A stretch of DNA of 64,000 nt, from NCBI GenBank assembly GCA_965198225.1, contig CBDAOY010000006.1, positions 288,001 through 352,000 of the forward strand, read 5' to 3'. Source of the stretch: Terriglobia bacterium (GTDB taxonomy: Bacteria > Acidobacteriota > Terriglobia > 20CM-2-55-15). This document shows, piece after piece, positions 50,424 to 60,463 of this stretch (the first letter of the stretch is position 1; every line of letters starts with the position of its first letter). The translations under genes and the position numbers were made by a program. The notes under the pieces were generated by a model that was given only the letters and a program-made list of their open reading frames with translations, searched no databases and was not told the DNA's origin.

Positions 50424-50692
50424 CTAGTAGCCTGTAACAGAGATAGTGACAGCGTCGACGATGGGCCTTGCGGGCCCTCTCCCGACTCGTCGCAGATGGA
50501 AAGCGTCGCTGTTTCCTAGCTCCTCTGCGTGGCTGGCAAGGCCCATCGTCCCTTCGGGTTGCGGCGGAACAGCACCGTCTTCGTTGTCGCGCCTTCTCGC
50601 AATGAAGCAGCATTACCTCGGGCGGCGCTCCTAGAATCCGGTACCGTTGCGCTCGCAACGCCACTATCACTTTCTCTGTTACAGGCCACTAG
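50424..50692. mobile_element. Non-autonomous MITE (269 bp including the CTAG ends)
   Basis: 26-bp TIRs CTAGTAGCCTGTAACAGAGATAGTGA / TCACTTTCTCTGTTACAGGCCACTAG (2 mismatches); no transposase; second partial copy at 41418. Confidence 0.8.
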
Positions 50693-50966
50693 CTCCCGGG
50701 AATTTGCGGAAGTGTTACCGAAGTCGCCTTCTGGAAAACTGAGACTCCCATTCTTGGACTCCCTCAAACTGTGCCATTTCCCCCTAGAGTTACACTTGGA
50801 GGCGGGCCGACGCGGGATTACTCCTGCGTTGTCGCCAAGGGTTTACGAATCCGCCAACGGATGGCTCTAGACTGGGTGTCAGGGGCGATCCGTAGGTCTC
50901 TCGGAGTATTCCGGCGGGCGAGGCGAGCTCGGAGATTCGGACGGTGGAGACTGGTCGGCGCGATCG

Positions 50967-51338
50967 TCAGGTCACGAGTGCCGCAAGGCGTCCGACGAAG
51001 ATGAGTACGATCGCGAATGCGAAGAAGTAGAGAACGAGAACGCCGAGGCCGACGGTCGCCTTGGCGGCTCGGTTCTCGAAGGGCACCGCAGCAACGATGT
51101 CGGAGAGTCTCGAGACGGCGCGCACCGCCACGTAGAGCGCGATGAGCATGGCGCCGAGGCCAAGGGGTGGCGCGTCGTCGATTTCGGCGGACCCTATCAG
51201 AACGGCAGCGAGCATGATGCGCCCGAGCCAGGTGAAGAAGGTCCCTTCGGCGGCGGCAAGCCGGTCCTCGCTGATGAGTGCGAACACCCCTCGAGCGGGA
51301 TGCTCGTTGGGCGCGGCCGGGTTTTTTACGTGTTCCAT
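50967..51338 (-). CDS. Small hypothetical membrane protein (about 3 TM)
   Basis: GGAGG RBS before ATG at 51338; three hydrophobic segments. Confidence 0.6.
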   Translation of the reverse strand: MEHVKNPAAPNEHPARGVFALISEDRLAAAEGTFFTWLGRIMLAAVLIGSAEIDDAPPLGLGAMLIALYVAVRAVSRLSDIVAAVPFENRAAKATVGLGVLVLYFFAFAIVLIFVGRLAALVT

Positions 51339-51477
51339 CGGTACCTCCGGTGCTGTCTCGGCCGCGATGGCGTGATCCGTTAGCCGCCGTCCGCGGAGGA
51401 GAATGAAGTATAGCCCCAGAAACTTTGAAATATCAAGTACTTTACGTATTTGAGCTCCAATCGAAGGCGAATTCCGT

Positions 51478-51528
51478 CGATGATGTAACGACTTCATACT
51501 GTGCAAGTTTGGAGCCGGGTTGAATCAC
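51478..51528 (-). pseudogene. 5' stub of a kinase gene (MIQPGSKLAQYEVV)
   Basis: Matches the start of copy 9 and is preceded by the conserved upstream element (51529-51570). Confidence 0.7.
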
Positions 51529-51792
51529 ACTGCAGGTGGGAGTTGAACGGAATCGAAGAGTCACATGCCTGATCTACCGCATACCCTCCGAAGTGAGGAC
51601 CCAATAGATCGGAACAGCCAATAGAGACGGCGAGCGGAGCGATGGACGCGGATCATGGGACGAAGTCAGGGTGGCCCGACGGGCGGGCAAGCCAGCTTCC
51701 CCCCGCCCGTTTCCATGCGCCTGTCAGGGCCGAGACTGGTAGCGCTGACCATGCGCCCGTTCCGGCTTCGGGCCGCGCTTAGCCGACCAGCC

Positions 51793-53118
51793 TCACCTCC
51801 CGTCGCCGCTGTACCAGACACGGAAGATCCGATTGGCCCCGTCCTCGGCGACCAGCAGCGAGCCGTCCGCCGACTGCAGTACATCGACAGGGCGACCCCA
51901 CACCTCCTTCTCCGGAGAGGGGCCAATGTAAGTGGACAAAGCACGTGTCTCGTCGTCCCTGAGGATGAAGCCGGTCAGAAAGTCCTCCGGTGGACCCGAC
52001 GGCATCCCGTTCTCGAAGGGGATGCGCACGACCTTGTACCCGACGAGGTACGGGCGGTTGACGGACCCTCGCAGCGCAACGAACGCGCTGTTGCGGTACG
52101 TCTCGGGAAACTGCTCGCCGGTGTAGAAGGCCAATCCCATCGGGGCGGCGTGGGCGGGGAGGAGCACATCGGGAACGATCGTCTTCTCGATAAGATCCGG
52201 TCGCGCTCCGTTGAGAAGCGGCTCGGGGTTCGGACCGGTATAGGCATACGGCCAGCCGTAGAAGCCGCCGTCCACCACTGATGTCACGAAATCGGGAGCA
52301 AGCTCATCCCCCAGGTGGTCCCGCTCGTGCACCGCGGTCCACAGAGTGCTCGATTCCGGGTAGAACGCCATGGGCACGGGGTTTCGCAGGCCCCCGGCGA
52401 ATACCCGATGTCCTGAGCCGTCCGTGTTGTATTCGCTGATCGCGGCCCTCCGGGGATCGGTGCCGGGCTTGGCATTCGTCGCTGAGCCCGCCGCGACATA
52501 CATCTTCCGGCCGTCCGGCCCGAAGATCAGGTTCCGCGTCGTGTGGCGGAAACCACTCGTCGGGTGATCGGACCGTTCGATCAGCTCCACCCGGCGGTCG
52601 TCGATCCCGAGGCGCTCCGCCCGCGTCCGGCTGACGTCGATGCCGAGCCGCTGCGCCGTCTCGTGATCGAGCGCGTCGCTTTCCACCGGGAGGTCCACGA
52701 CGTGCTCGGGTACTCCTTGCGCCCGAAGCTGTCCCGCAACGTATGGGAAGCGCACGACAGCGTCGTTGTTCCCGACGTACAGGAACCCATCGAGGAACGC
52801 CATGCCGAACGGTCGCTCCAGCCCCGTGGCGAACGTCTCGCGGCGTTCTGCAACGCCGTCGCCGTCCGCGTCTCGGAGGATCAGGACCCTACCGAAGCCG
52901 GTCTCGGCGACGAAGACGTCTCCGTTCGGAGCAAGGGCCAGTCGGCGCGGGTTTGAGAGCCCTTCGGCGAATACGCTCACTTCGAATCCCGCCGGAACGG
53001 ACAGCCTAGCGCCGTCCGGCCGCTCCACGATCGTTGGAAAGGCTCGGTTCCACTCGGTTTCGAAGGGCTCGGGAAGCTGCTGGGCCGACAGGACCAGGAG
53101 CAAAGCGATGACAGACAT
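51793..53118 (-). CDS. PQQ-dependent sugar / sorbosone dehydrogenase family protein
   Basis: LSVPAGFEVSVFAEGLSNPR, GLRNP, HERDHLGD, FYGWPY, AHAAPMGLAFY, GRPVDV. Confidence 0.88.
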   Translation of the reverse strand: MSVIALLLVLSAQQLPEPFETEWNRAFPTIVERPDGARLSVPAGFEVSVFAEGLSNPRRLALAPNGDVFVAETGFGRVLILRDADGDGVAERRETFATGLERPFGMAFLDGFLYVGNNDAVVRFPYVAGQLRAQGVPEHVVDLPVESDALDHETAQRLGIDVSRTRAERLGIDDRRVELIERSDHPTSGFRHTTRNLIFGPDGRKMYVAAGSATNAKPGTDPRRAAISEYNTDGSGHRVFAGGLRNPVPMAFYPESSTLWTAVHERDHLGDELAPDFVTSVVDGGFYGWPYAYTGPNPEPLLNGARPDLIEKTIVPDVLLPAHAAPMGLAFYTGEQFPETYRNSAFVALRGSVNRPYLVGYKVVRIPFENGMPSGPPEDFLTGFILRDDETRALSTYIGPSPEKEVWGRPVDVLQSADGSLLVAEDGANRIFRVWYSGDGR

Positions 53119-53263
53119 ACGAGGCCACTCCTTTGAGCTCGGGCGTCATGTGATTAGACGATAGGAAGCACTAGCAATCCTGCGACGTGTCGTCTTCCCG
53201 GCCCAAGCGATCGTGGCACGGTAGCAGACCCACAGCCTCCCTGGCAATGACGATAGGAAGCGC

Positions 53264-53358
53264 CTACTTCGTGTCCGTCTCTTTCCACGCTTCGCCTATG
53301 CCGCCGTTGCCGAGGGGGAGAGGATCTCGTAGTGGCCAAGCTCCGTGCCAGGCTGCAT
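53264..53358 (-). pseudogene. Degenerate 5' stub of a kinase gene
   Basis: MQPGTELGHYEILSP, then frameshifted LGNGGIGEAWK; lies downstream of the conserved upstream element at 53401-53445. Confidence 0.65.
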
Positions 53359-53568
53359 GTTTTAGAGCCCGTCGGATTAGATGCTAGAAATCTCGGCAAC
53401 TATAACTACAGGTGGGAGTTAAACGCAATCAAACAGTCCCATGCCTGAAATGGGGCCTTCCCGACGAGATCGACAAGGCAGTGTAGCCGACTATACAGCA
53501 AGGTGGATTGAGGGCAGTGGGGCGGATCGAGAGGGTTTGTCGGGGGCAGAAGGCTCGAACACAGATCC

Positions 53569-53630
53569 CTAAGGCACTGGCACACGTTCCTTCAGTTCTT
53601 CGAACCAGTTCAGAACAACTGTGATCGGGA
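53569..53630 (-). pseudogene. 3' stub of a kinase-propeller gene
   Basis: PITVVLNWFEELKERVPVP followed by a stop, with no gene body upstream. Confidence 0.75.
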
Positions 53631-54152
53631 TCGAACCGGTTTCGGCGGTCGGTCGGCTACTCGTAGATGTGCATGGGCGCTAACCAGAAAAGTGCCCACT
53701 GCATTGACCTCAAGCCCCTTGCCTCGTACCCTTCTTTTCCGGATTTGCTCGTGCGGTTCGTTCCTGCAGTGCTTTTCGAACTTCCCGGCTACGTTCTCTC
53801 ATCCGAAGTTTTGCCTTGCGCAGACGGTTGAAGCGCGCCTTGTCACCATTTCTTGCAGACATTTGTCACCTCACATAATTCAGCATTCAGATTCTAGTCA
53901 TTTGTGAACGAATAGAAAGTGTCCTCTTGCTAACGGAACGACAAAGGCCACTGGATGAACATTCAGACCCCCGGCTTTCCCGACGAGATCCACAAGGAAG
54001 TGTAGGCGACTAGAACGAAGCCGCTGGCGCGGCGGACGCTACGCGTGTGCTGAGCGAAGAGTGATGAGCCCCCGAATCCCGGTAGGAGGTGAAGTGACCC
54101 TCACCCCCTCCGGACAGAACGGCTCGTACCGGCCAGGTAAGCCGCTCTTCGA

Positions 54153-55409
54153 TCAGCGAGCAAACTCCAGTTTGAGATTCCGCTGCGCGAAGTCGTGGAG
54201 AAAGACGAGTCCCTGGCGCCGAAACCACTCCAGGCTCAGGACGAAACGGACCTCCCGCCGCATGACGGATTGCCACGCCTTCATCCGCACCCAGGTTCGG
54301 CGGGCGTAATACACCGGGGCGCCGGCGCGAATCATCATCCGCTGGAACTTCGCCGGCTTCTTCCACTTCTTCAACTGCATGGACCGGAGCCGACTACGGA
54401 TGAATCCATCTAGCTCTTGGAAGATCTTCCGGAACTCCTGGATGCGGTAATACCCGACCCATCCTTCAAGATATTCGTTGAGTTCGCCAATGACCTGGTG
54501 CATCGATAGCCCGTTATTCCGCCGTGTCCGGGATCGGACCTCTTGCACGAAGCGCTTCCGCGCCCGCGTACTCACCCGAATCTGACCCCGCAGGATCTGG
54601 AATCCTAAGAACTCCACATCCTTGATCGGGGCCACGCGGCTCTTGTCCCGGTTGACGCGCAGTCCGAGTTCCTCTTCGAGGAATCGTGTGATACCTTCCA
54701 TCACCCGTAGAGCCGCCCGCTCCGTTCGCAACAGGATGACGAAATCATCGGCCCACCGGCTGAACCGGTGTCCCCGCCGTTCCAGTTCCTGGTCGAGCTC
54801 ATTGAGCACGATGTTGGACAGGACCGGCGAGACCGGGGAGCCTTGGGGACATCCCTGATCCGTCTTCTCGATAACACCATCCACAGCAGCTCCTGCCTTC
54901 AGCACCCGCACGATCAACGTAACGAGCCGCTCATCTCGGATTCTCTGTCGAATGAGCTTGAGGATCAGGTTGTGGGGGATCTCATCGAAGAAGCTCTGGA
55001 TGTCGAGGGATGCACACCACTCATAGCCCTCCATCACGCCTTCCCGCACATGGCGAATGGCCTGGTGTTGGCTCTTACCACGCCGAAACCCGAAGTTGGA
55101 CCCGCTGAAGTCCGGCTCAAAGATTTCCGTCAACACAGCATGGAGACTTTGACTGACCACGCGGTCCATCACGACGGGAATACCCAGCTTCCTCTTCTTC
55201 GAACTGCCCGGCTTGGGGATCAGAACCCTCTTTGCGGGCTTGAAACGGTATGTCCCGGCTTTCAGCTTGTCGTGGATGAGTGAGAGAAATTCATCCTCTC
55301 TTTCCCCGAAGGCTTCGACCGTCATGTTGTCCACCCCGGCGGCTCCGGCGTTGGCCCGTACCTGCTGCCACGCCTGAACCAGTCGCCTCCGGTCGTAGAC
55401 CCGTTTCAT
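54153..55409 (-). CDS. ltrA: Group II intron reverse transcriptase/maturase (intron A)
   Basis: VRANAGAAGVD, RKLGIPVVMDR, GCPQGSPVSPVLSN, RWADD, domain X GWVGYY; no endonuclease domain; start uncertain (frame open to 55769). Confidence 0.92.
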   Translation of the reverse strand: MKRVYDRRRLVQAWQQVRANAGAAGVDNMTVEAFGEREDEFLSLIHDKLKAGTYRFKPAKRVLIPKPGSSKKRKLGIPVVMDRVVSQSLHAVLTEIFEPDFSGSNFGFRRGKSQHQAIRHVREGVMEGYEWCASLDIQSFFDEIPHNLILKLIRQRIRDERLVTLIVRVLKAGAAVDGVIEKTDQGCPQGSPVSPVLSNIVLNELDQELERRGHRFSRWADDFVILLRTERAALRVMEGITRFLEEELGLRVNRDKSRVAPIKDVEFLGFQILRGQIRVSTRARKRFVQEVRSRTRRNNGLSMHQVIGELNEYLEGWVGYYRIQEFRKIFQELDGFIRSRLRSMQLKKWKKPAKFQRMMIRAGAPVYYARRTWVRMKAWQSVMRREVRFVLSLEWFRRQGLVFLHDFAQRNLKLEFAR

Positions 55410-55787
55410 CACTCCAACAACTTTCAGTTCACTTCCTCCGTGACTGTCTTCCGCCAGGGATGGCCGGGGGTGGTTGGCGTTGTCGCCGGACCCGGACGGC
55501 TGATGACCGCGGCGGTTTTCCGCCTCGGCGCCCATGTGGAACTCGCCGCCCCCGATGGCTTTCTGGGCCCCTTGCTCCATCCACTGAGTCGACTCCCTGT
55601 CGGTGTCACTCTCGCCTCTCGTCCATGACTTCCCACCGCCGGTTGGCGATCTCCGGCCGTCCGGGTTGTCCCAGAGATTCAGTTGCTCCGGCTGCTGCCA
55701 GGGCGCCCGTTTCTCTCTTTGTTTCCCGGTCGTCAGGGTTTTATCCTCCGCACTGTTGCCAGGCTTCATCGGCCCTGAGTCCTCAGT

Positions 55788-57943
55788 GTAGAGTCGAAAG
55801 TGGTCGGGCTGGTCTGCCCTTCCACCGTCCGCTCAATCAAACGGCTCGTGCGGTTTTCCCGCAAGCCGCTTTCCTCAGTTGCTCCTCGCACGGAGTCACC
55901 GGTCCACGAGACCGGGAATCAGATGCGTCAGTCGGACCAGACCGAATTCTCGAATAAGTCGTCGCGTCGGATAACGGCGCCACATCGTATTTCTCCACCG
56001 TTTCGCGAGAAACGAGTAGATACGGCGCTCAATCCAACGGTCCAGCTCGTTGAAGAGTCGGCGCACCCTCGCTTTGCGGTAATAGTTCCCCCAGCCCCGA
56101 ATCACCGGGTTGAGCTGGTCGATGACTTCGCCCAGCTTCAGGGGAGCCTTACGGCGCGAGAGGTGTCGGATTTGCGTCCGGAACCTCTCGACCGACTTTT
56201 CCCGTGGAATGGCATACAGGTTATGGGGGTGCATTCCGCGACCACGCCTCTGTGTATCGGACAGACGCAGTCCTTTCCCTTGTTTCACCTTGTACCCCAA
56301 GAACTCAAAGCCTTGTCGAACGTGTACAATCCGCGTCTTCTTCGGATGAAGTCGAACTCCAAGTTCCTCCCAGAGAAACCGCTCTGCAAATGCGAGCGCC
56401 TGCCGGGCTTGGGCCGGTGTCCTACAAACCACCACAAAGTCGTCCGCCCAGCGTGTGAGTCTGTGACCTTGCCGGGTCATCGCACGGTCAAACGGCGTCA
56501 GAAAGATGTTCGACCACAACGGACTGGCCACTCCCCCTTGGGGAACTCCCGTCCGCGTGGGTTGCCAGCAACCTCCTTCCAATACCCCCGAACCCAGGAT
56601 TGCCCGGATCAGCCCCAGAACTCGGCCGTCGCTGATCTCTTCGGCGATCAAGTCGAGAAGCTTCTCCTGGTCGATCGTGTCAAAGAACTGCCGTAGGTCA
56701 GCATCAACCACCCAGAGGTCTCCGGCGCCTAGCTCTGCCCAGACTTTCCGCATCGCATCATGGGGTGAACGCCCCTTGCGATACCCGAATGAGCAGTCCA
56801 GAAACAACGGCTCGAAGATTGGTTCCATCCGCTGGACCAGCGCCTGCTGACAGACCCGATCCATTACGGCCGGTATCCCCAGCTTTCGCATTCCTCCGTC
56901 GGACTTCCCGATCTCGACTCGCTTTACCGGCTTGGGTCGATAGGTGTCATCCCGCAGCTTTTGATGCAACAAGGCCAGATACTCCTCCTTGCACGTTTCA
57001 AACTGCTCAATGGTCACTTCGTCGATGCCCGCGCTACCTCGGTTCCGTTTCACTTTCTCCCAGGCCAACTCCAGATTCTTGCGACTAAACACCTTGTCGA
57101 TCAGCGAGTGGACCTTTCGCTTCCTTCCCTGTCTGCTTTCCAATGTCGCTGTGTGGCGGCGGGCGGCGGCTTCATCCGTACCGCGTTTGGGTCTTTCACT
57201 AAAGGAACTATCCAAGTTCACGATATCTCCGCGTTTCCCATCGCTCGCACATTCCCAACTGAGTACGGGGACTTCCCCCTCCAACGGGCCTTTTGGACCC
57301 GCCAGCGCCGCTGCTCGAAGCAACGATCCGAGACCTTATGTTTGCCGTCTCGTTCCTGAGTACTATTCCCCGATCCGATTCCTGGCACCGCGTCGGCCGG
57401 AATTTCGCTCTCGCTTATATCCGCACCTACCTTGCGGGGCTCTAGGTCGATGTTTGTCTTCTCGGTTGCCCGCCCTTTCGTCTGCGGGTGCCACATCATC
57501 TCGACCTTACCTTCCGCCCGGACGATACCAGGCCTCCCTGGGTCACTCGCGTCTCTTCTCCACCGTGTCGCCCGCACACACCTTGGTGCGATGGGGTGGA
57601 ACCAAATGCGCCTTCGCCCCCATAGTGCGGGCTCGACCATTCCCCATCTTTGGCCGACCGGTTCATCCTCGGGATCGCTCCCTTCGATTACGACCCGGTG
57701 GTTCTCCTCATGCCCTTCAGACCCCACCTCGCGGTGGGCGCCCTGCCCTCCAAAGTTTCCGTAGGTGGCTCCAGCTCTGCCTTGGCCGTTTCCGGCTTTC
57801 GCCTTCGTGCCCGTTTAGGCATCTGCCATACCTGCCTACACTCCGGCCAGTGAGGCATTACCCCCACTTGTTGGATATCGACCCGTGGCCTCGGGCCGAG
57901 CGGGACTTTAACCCGCCGGAAACGCGTGCTGCCAGGCACGCAC
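55788..57943 (-). mobile_element. Group II intron B (inner, nested in intron A)
   Basis: 5' GTGCGTGCC at 57943; domain V GAAAGCGGCTTGCGGGAAAACCGCACGAGCCGTTTG; 3' end CGACTCTAC. Confidence 0.88.
55896..57221 (-). CDS. ltrA: Group II intron reverse transcriptase/maturase (intron B)
   Basis: HSLIDKV, NRGSAGID, RKLGIPAVMDR, GVPQGGVASPL, RWADD, LNPVIRGWGNYY; GTG start after GGAGA. Confidence 0.92.
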   Translation of the reverse strand: MNLDSSFSERPKRGTDEAAARRHTATLESRQGRKRKVHSLIDKVFSRKNLELAWEKVKRNRGSAGIDEVTIEQFETCKEEYLALLHQKLRDDTYRPKPVKRVEIGKSDGGMRKLGIPAVMDRVCQQALVQRMEPIFEPLFLDCSFGYRKGRSPHDAMRKVWAELGAGDLWVVDADLRQFFDTIDQEKLLDLIAEEISDGRVLGLIRAILGSGVLEGGCWQPTRTGVPQGGVASPLWSNIFLTPFDRAMTRQGHRLTRWADDFVVVCRTPAQARQALAFAERFLWEELGVRLHPKKTRIVHVRQGFEFLGYKVKQGKGLRLSDTQRRGRGMHPHNLYAIPREKSVERFRTQIRHLSRRKAPLKLGEVIDQLNPVIRGWGNYYRKARVRRLFNELDRWIERRIYSFLAKRWRNTMWRRYPTRRLIREFGLVRLTHLIPGLVDR

Positions 57944-58406
57944 TATCCATGGATCTGCCACCCTCTGCTCCCTGCCCGCTACGGAATCGCCGTTCGCGGC
58001 TCGGTTTTCGAACGTCAGGTCACGGCGGACTGGATAACCCAATGTCCTTTGAGCGCCTGGGCGGGCGCACCCGCTGTGGGTCCCGACATCGAAGCAGTAG
58101 GGCTTCCCGGGGTAAGACACGCCCCCTCCTCGTATCCCGTCCGGCTTCAGCTCCCTTCGGTAACTCCGATCGAATATCGGGGCTCGCTCTCTCAAGCCTG
58201 CTCGCCCCCCTCCGGGCACCCATCTAGCCGGTTCGCTGTTCGCTACGTACACGAGTTCTGCCTCATGCTTCCTCCGGACATCCCATCTCTGAGACTGCCC
58301 TTGCCTTGTTGGCGTTCGCCTTCCGTCCGATCACGGTGGCTTTCCTGCCTTCGGTTGGCGTGCCATGCCCGGCGCACTAGAGTGTGAGCCTCACAAGGAG
58401 GCTCAC

Positions 58407-59297
58407 ATGACGAAGCTGCGACAACGGATGCTGGAGGAACTCCAGCGCCGGAACTACTCACCCGCTACGATTCGGCTGTATCTTCACGCGGTCGAAGACT
58501 TCGCCCGCTACTTCGGGAAGTCCCCCGACAAGCTCGAACAGGAACAGATGCGGCAGTACCAGCTGCATCTGCTTCAGGAGCGCAAGCTCGCTGTCGACAC
58601 CATCATCGGACGGATCGCCGCACTCCGGTTCTTCTACGTGAAGGTGCTTCGCCGTCCCTATCACCAGGTCGATCTGGTCTATCCGAAACAGCCGTCCCGG
58701 TTGCCCACGATTCTGAGCGAAGAGGAAGTGGCGCAACTGCTGGCCTCCGCCAACAGTGCCTATCACTTCGTCATCCTGATGACCTTGTATTCGACGGGAC
58801 TGCGGCGGGCCGAGCTGTGTCGTCTGAAGGTCGAGGACGTCGATAGCGAACGCATGGTGATCCATGTGAGGCAGGGTAAAGGCAATCGCGACCGCGACGT
58901 GCCGCTGTCACCGAAACTGCTGGAAGTCCTGCGCGACTACTGGCGTTGGCGGAAACCCGGCGAGTACCTCTTCCCCAGTTTGCTCCGGACCCGGCCCGGA
59001 CAGCCCATCGATGTGAAGACGGTTTGGTACGCCGTCCAACAAGCCGCCCAACGTGCCGGCATCAAAAAGAAAGTATCCCCACATACGCTGCGCCACAGCT
59101 GGGCCACCCACCTGCTGGAGAGGGGAACCGACCTGCGAACCATCCAGCTCCTGTTGGGTCATGTCGATCTGGAAGCGACGACCCTCTATCTCCATTTGTC
59201 TCAGGCGCACATGCAGCGCGTGGTGAACCCGATCGATTCTCTTCCGGTTCCCGATCTGGGACCGTCTCCCCGTCTGAGAAAGAAGAAAGGCGAATGA
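58407..59297 (+). CDS. Tyrosine recombinase (IS91-associated integrase)
   Basis: AAGGAGG RBS; TGLR, GKG, HTLRH, LLGH, TTLY catalytic motifs. Confidence 0.93.
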   Translation: MTKLRQRMLEELQRRNYSPATIRLYLHAVEDFARYFGKSPDKLEQEQMRQYQLHLLQERKLAVDTIIGRIAALRFFYVKVLRRPYHQVDLVYPKQPSRLPTILSEEEVAQLLASANSAYHFVILMTLYSTGLRRAELCRLKVEDVDSERMVIHVRQGKGNRDRDVPLSPKLLEVLRDYWRWRKPGEYLFPSLLRTRPGQPIDVKTVWYAVQQAAQRAGIKKKVSPHTLRHSWATHLLERGTDLRTIQLLLGHVDLEATTLYLHLSQAHMQRVVNPIDSLPVPDLGPSPRLRKKKGE

Positions 59298-60463
59298 GCC
59301 GGCCCGCCGTCGAGGTGGCCGACATCGTCCGCGCCCGGGTTCGAGGTTTCCTCCAGCGTCACCGCCTCGGCATCCAGAAGCTCAAGGTCCTGCGCGCCAT
59401 CCTGAACTGTCGTACTGCGGCTCTGGGTGGCCACATCGACCGGTGTGCCGATTGTGGCCGGGAGTCCGGAATCTCGTTCAACTCCTGCCGCAACCGCCAC
59501 TGCCCGAAGTGTCAGACCCAGGCCCGACGACGGTGGCTCGAAGCACGAGAAGCCGAACTGCTGCCCACCCCCTACTTCCACGTCGTGTTCACCGTCCCGC
59601 ACCAGTTCCATCCGTTCTTCTTCCACAACCCTGCCCTACTCTACAGCCTGCTGTTTCGCAGCGTGGCCGACACGATGATCGAGGTGGCGGCCAATCCGAA
59701 ACGACTCGGCGCCCGGATCGGCTTCTTCGGCATCCTGCATACCTGGAGTCAGAACCTGGAGTTCCATCCCCACATCCACTGCGTGGTACCGGCCGGCGGA
59801 CTGGCTCCGGATCAGTCCCGTTGGATTCCGGGTTCTGGGCGCTTCTTCCTCCCCAAGCAGGTGCTCGCCCGAGTCTTCCGTGGCAAGTTCATCGACGGGC
59901 TCGGGCGAGCGATCGCCGACGGTTCGCTCGAACTGTCCGGCTCGATTCGACCCTTCGGCGAACCGCAACACTTTCGGCGGTTCCGCCGCCAGATCCATTC
60001 CCGCAACTGGGTCGTCTATATCAAACGACCCTTTGGTGGCCCCGAACAGGTGCTCCGCTACCTGGGCCGCTACACCCATCGGGTCGCCATCTCCAACCAT
60101 CGATTGATCTCGTTTGACGGTAACCGGGTCCGGTTCCGTTGGCGGGATTACCGCAATGGCAACAAGAGTCGCATCATGACACTCGCGGCCGACGAGTTCA
60201 TCCGACGGTTCTTATTGCACGTTCTGCCGAAGGGCTTCGTCCGCATCCGACACTTCGGATTCATGGCCAACTACCGCCGGTCGGCCGCCTTCGCTCTCTG
60301 TCGCCAACTCCTCGATGCCATGCCGAGGGTCGAATCTGACGAAACCACCACCTCGAACTCTTCCTGGTCGTGTCCGCACTGTCAGGGACCGATGACTCTC
60401 ATCCAACGCTTCACCGCTCTGCAACTCGTAGCGAGGCTCGCCTTCCAATGCGATACGTCCTAA
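59294..60463 (+). CDS. IS91-family transposase (zinc-binding + Y2/HUH)
   Basis: CRTAALGGH, SCRNRHCPKC, HVVFT, HPHIH, YLGRYTHR; ATGA-coupled to the integrase. Confidence 0.93.
   Translation: MSRPAVEVADIVRARVRGFLQRHRLGIQKLKVLRAILNCRTAALGGHIDRCADCGRESGISFNSCRNRHCPKCQTQARRRWLEAREAELLPTPYFHVVFTVPHQFHPFFFHNPALLYSLLFRSVADTMIEVAANPKRLGARIGFFGILHTWSQNLEFHPHIHCVVPAGGLAPDQSRWIPGSGRFFLPKQVLARVFRGKFIDGLGRAIADGSLELSGSIRPFGEPQHFRRFRRQIHSRNWVVYIKRPFGGPEQVLRYLGRYTHRVAISNHRLISFDGNRVRFRWRDYRNGNKSRIMTLAADEFIRRFLLHVLPKGFVRIRHFGFMANYRRSAAFALCRQLLDAMPRVESDETTTSNSSWSCPHCQGPMTLIQRFTALQLVARLAFQCDTS

Larger units (their letters stand above)
54076..58377 (-). mobile_element. Group II intron A (outer; IIC-like)
   Basis: 5' GTGCGCCGGGCATGGC at 58377; short domain V GAGCGGCTTACCTGGCCGGTACGAGCCGTTC; 3' end CTACCGGGAT; inserted 5 nt after a 10-bp stem-loop. 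Confidence 0.85.

Noticed and set aside
52590-52660. Duplicated RLGID peptide in the sorbosone dehydrogenase
   Set aside because: Small in-frame loop duplication with no evidence of function
54153-57323. RT genes as a diversity-generating retroelement or retron diversifying the kinases
   Set aside because: Both have group II intron ends, domain V/VI and a maturase domain; no adenine-specific TR/VR pair was seen
58407-59297. Integrase as the IntI for the attC sites
   Set aside because: Lacks the IntI-specific insertion before the YLFP motif and is coupled to an IS91 transposase
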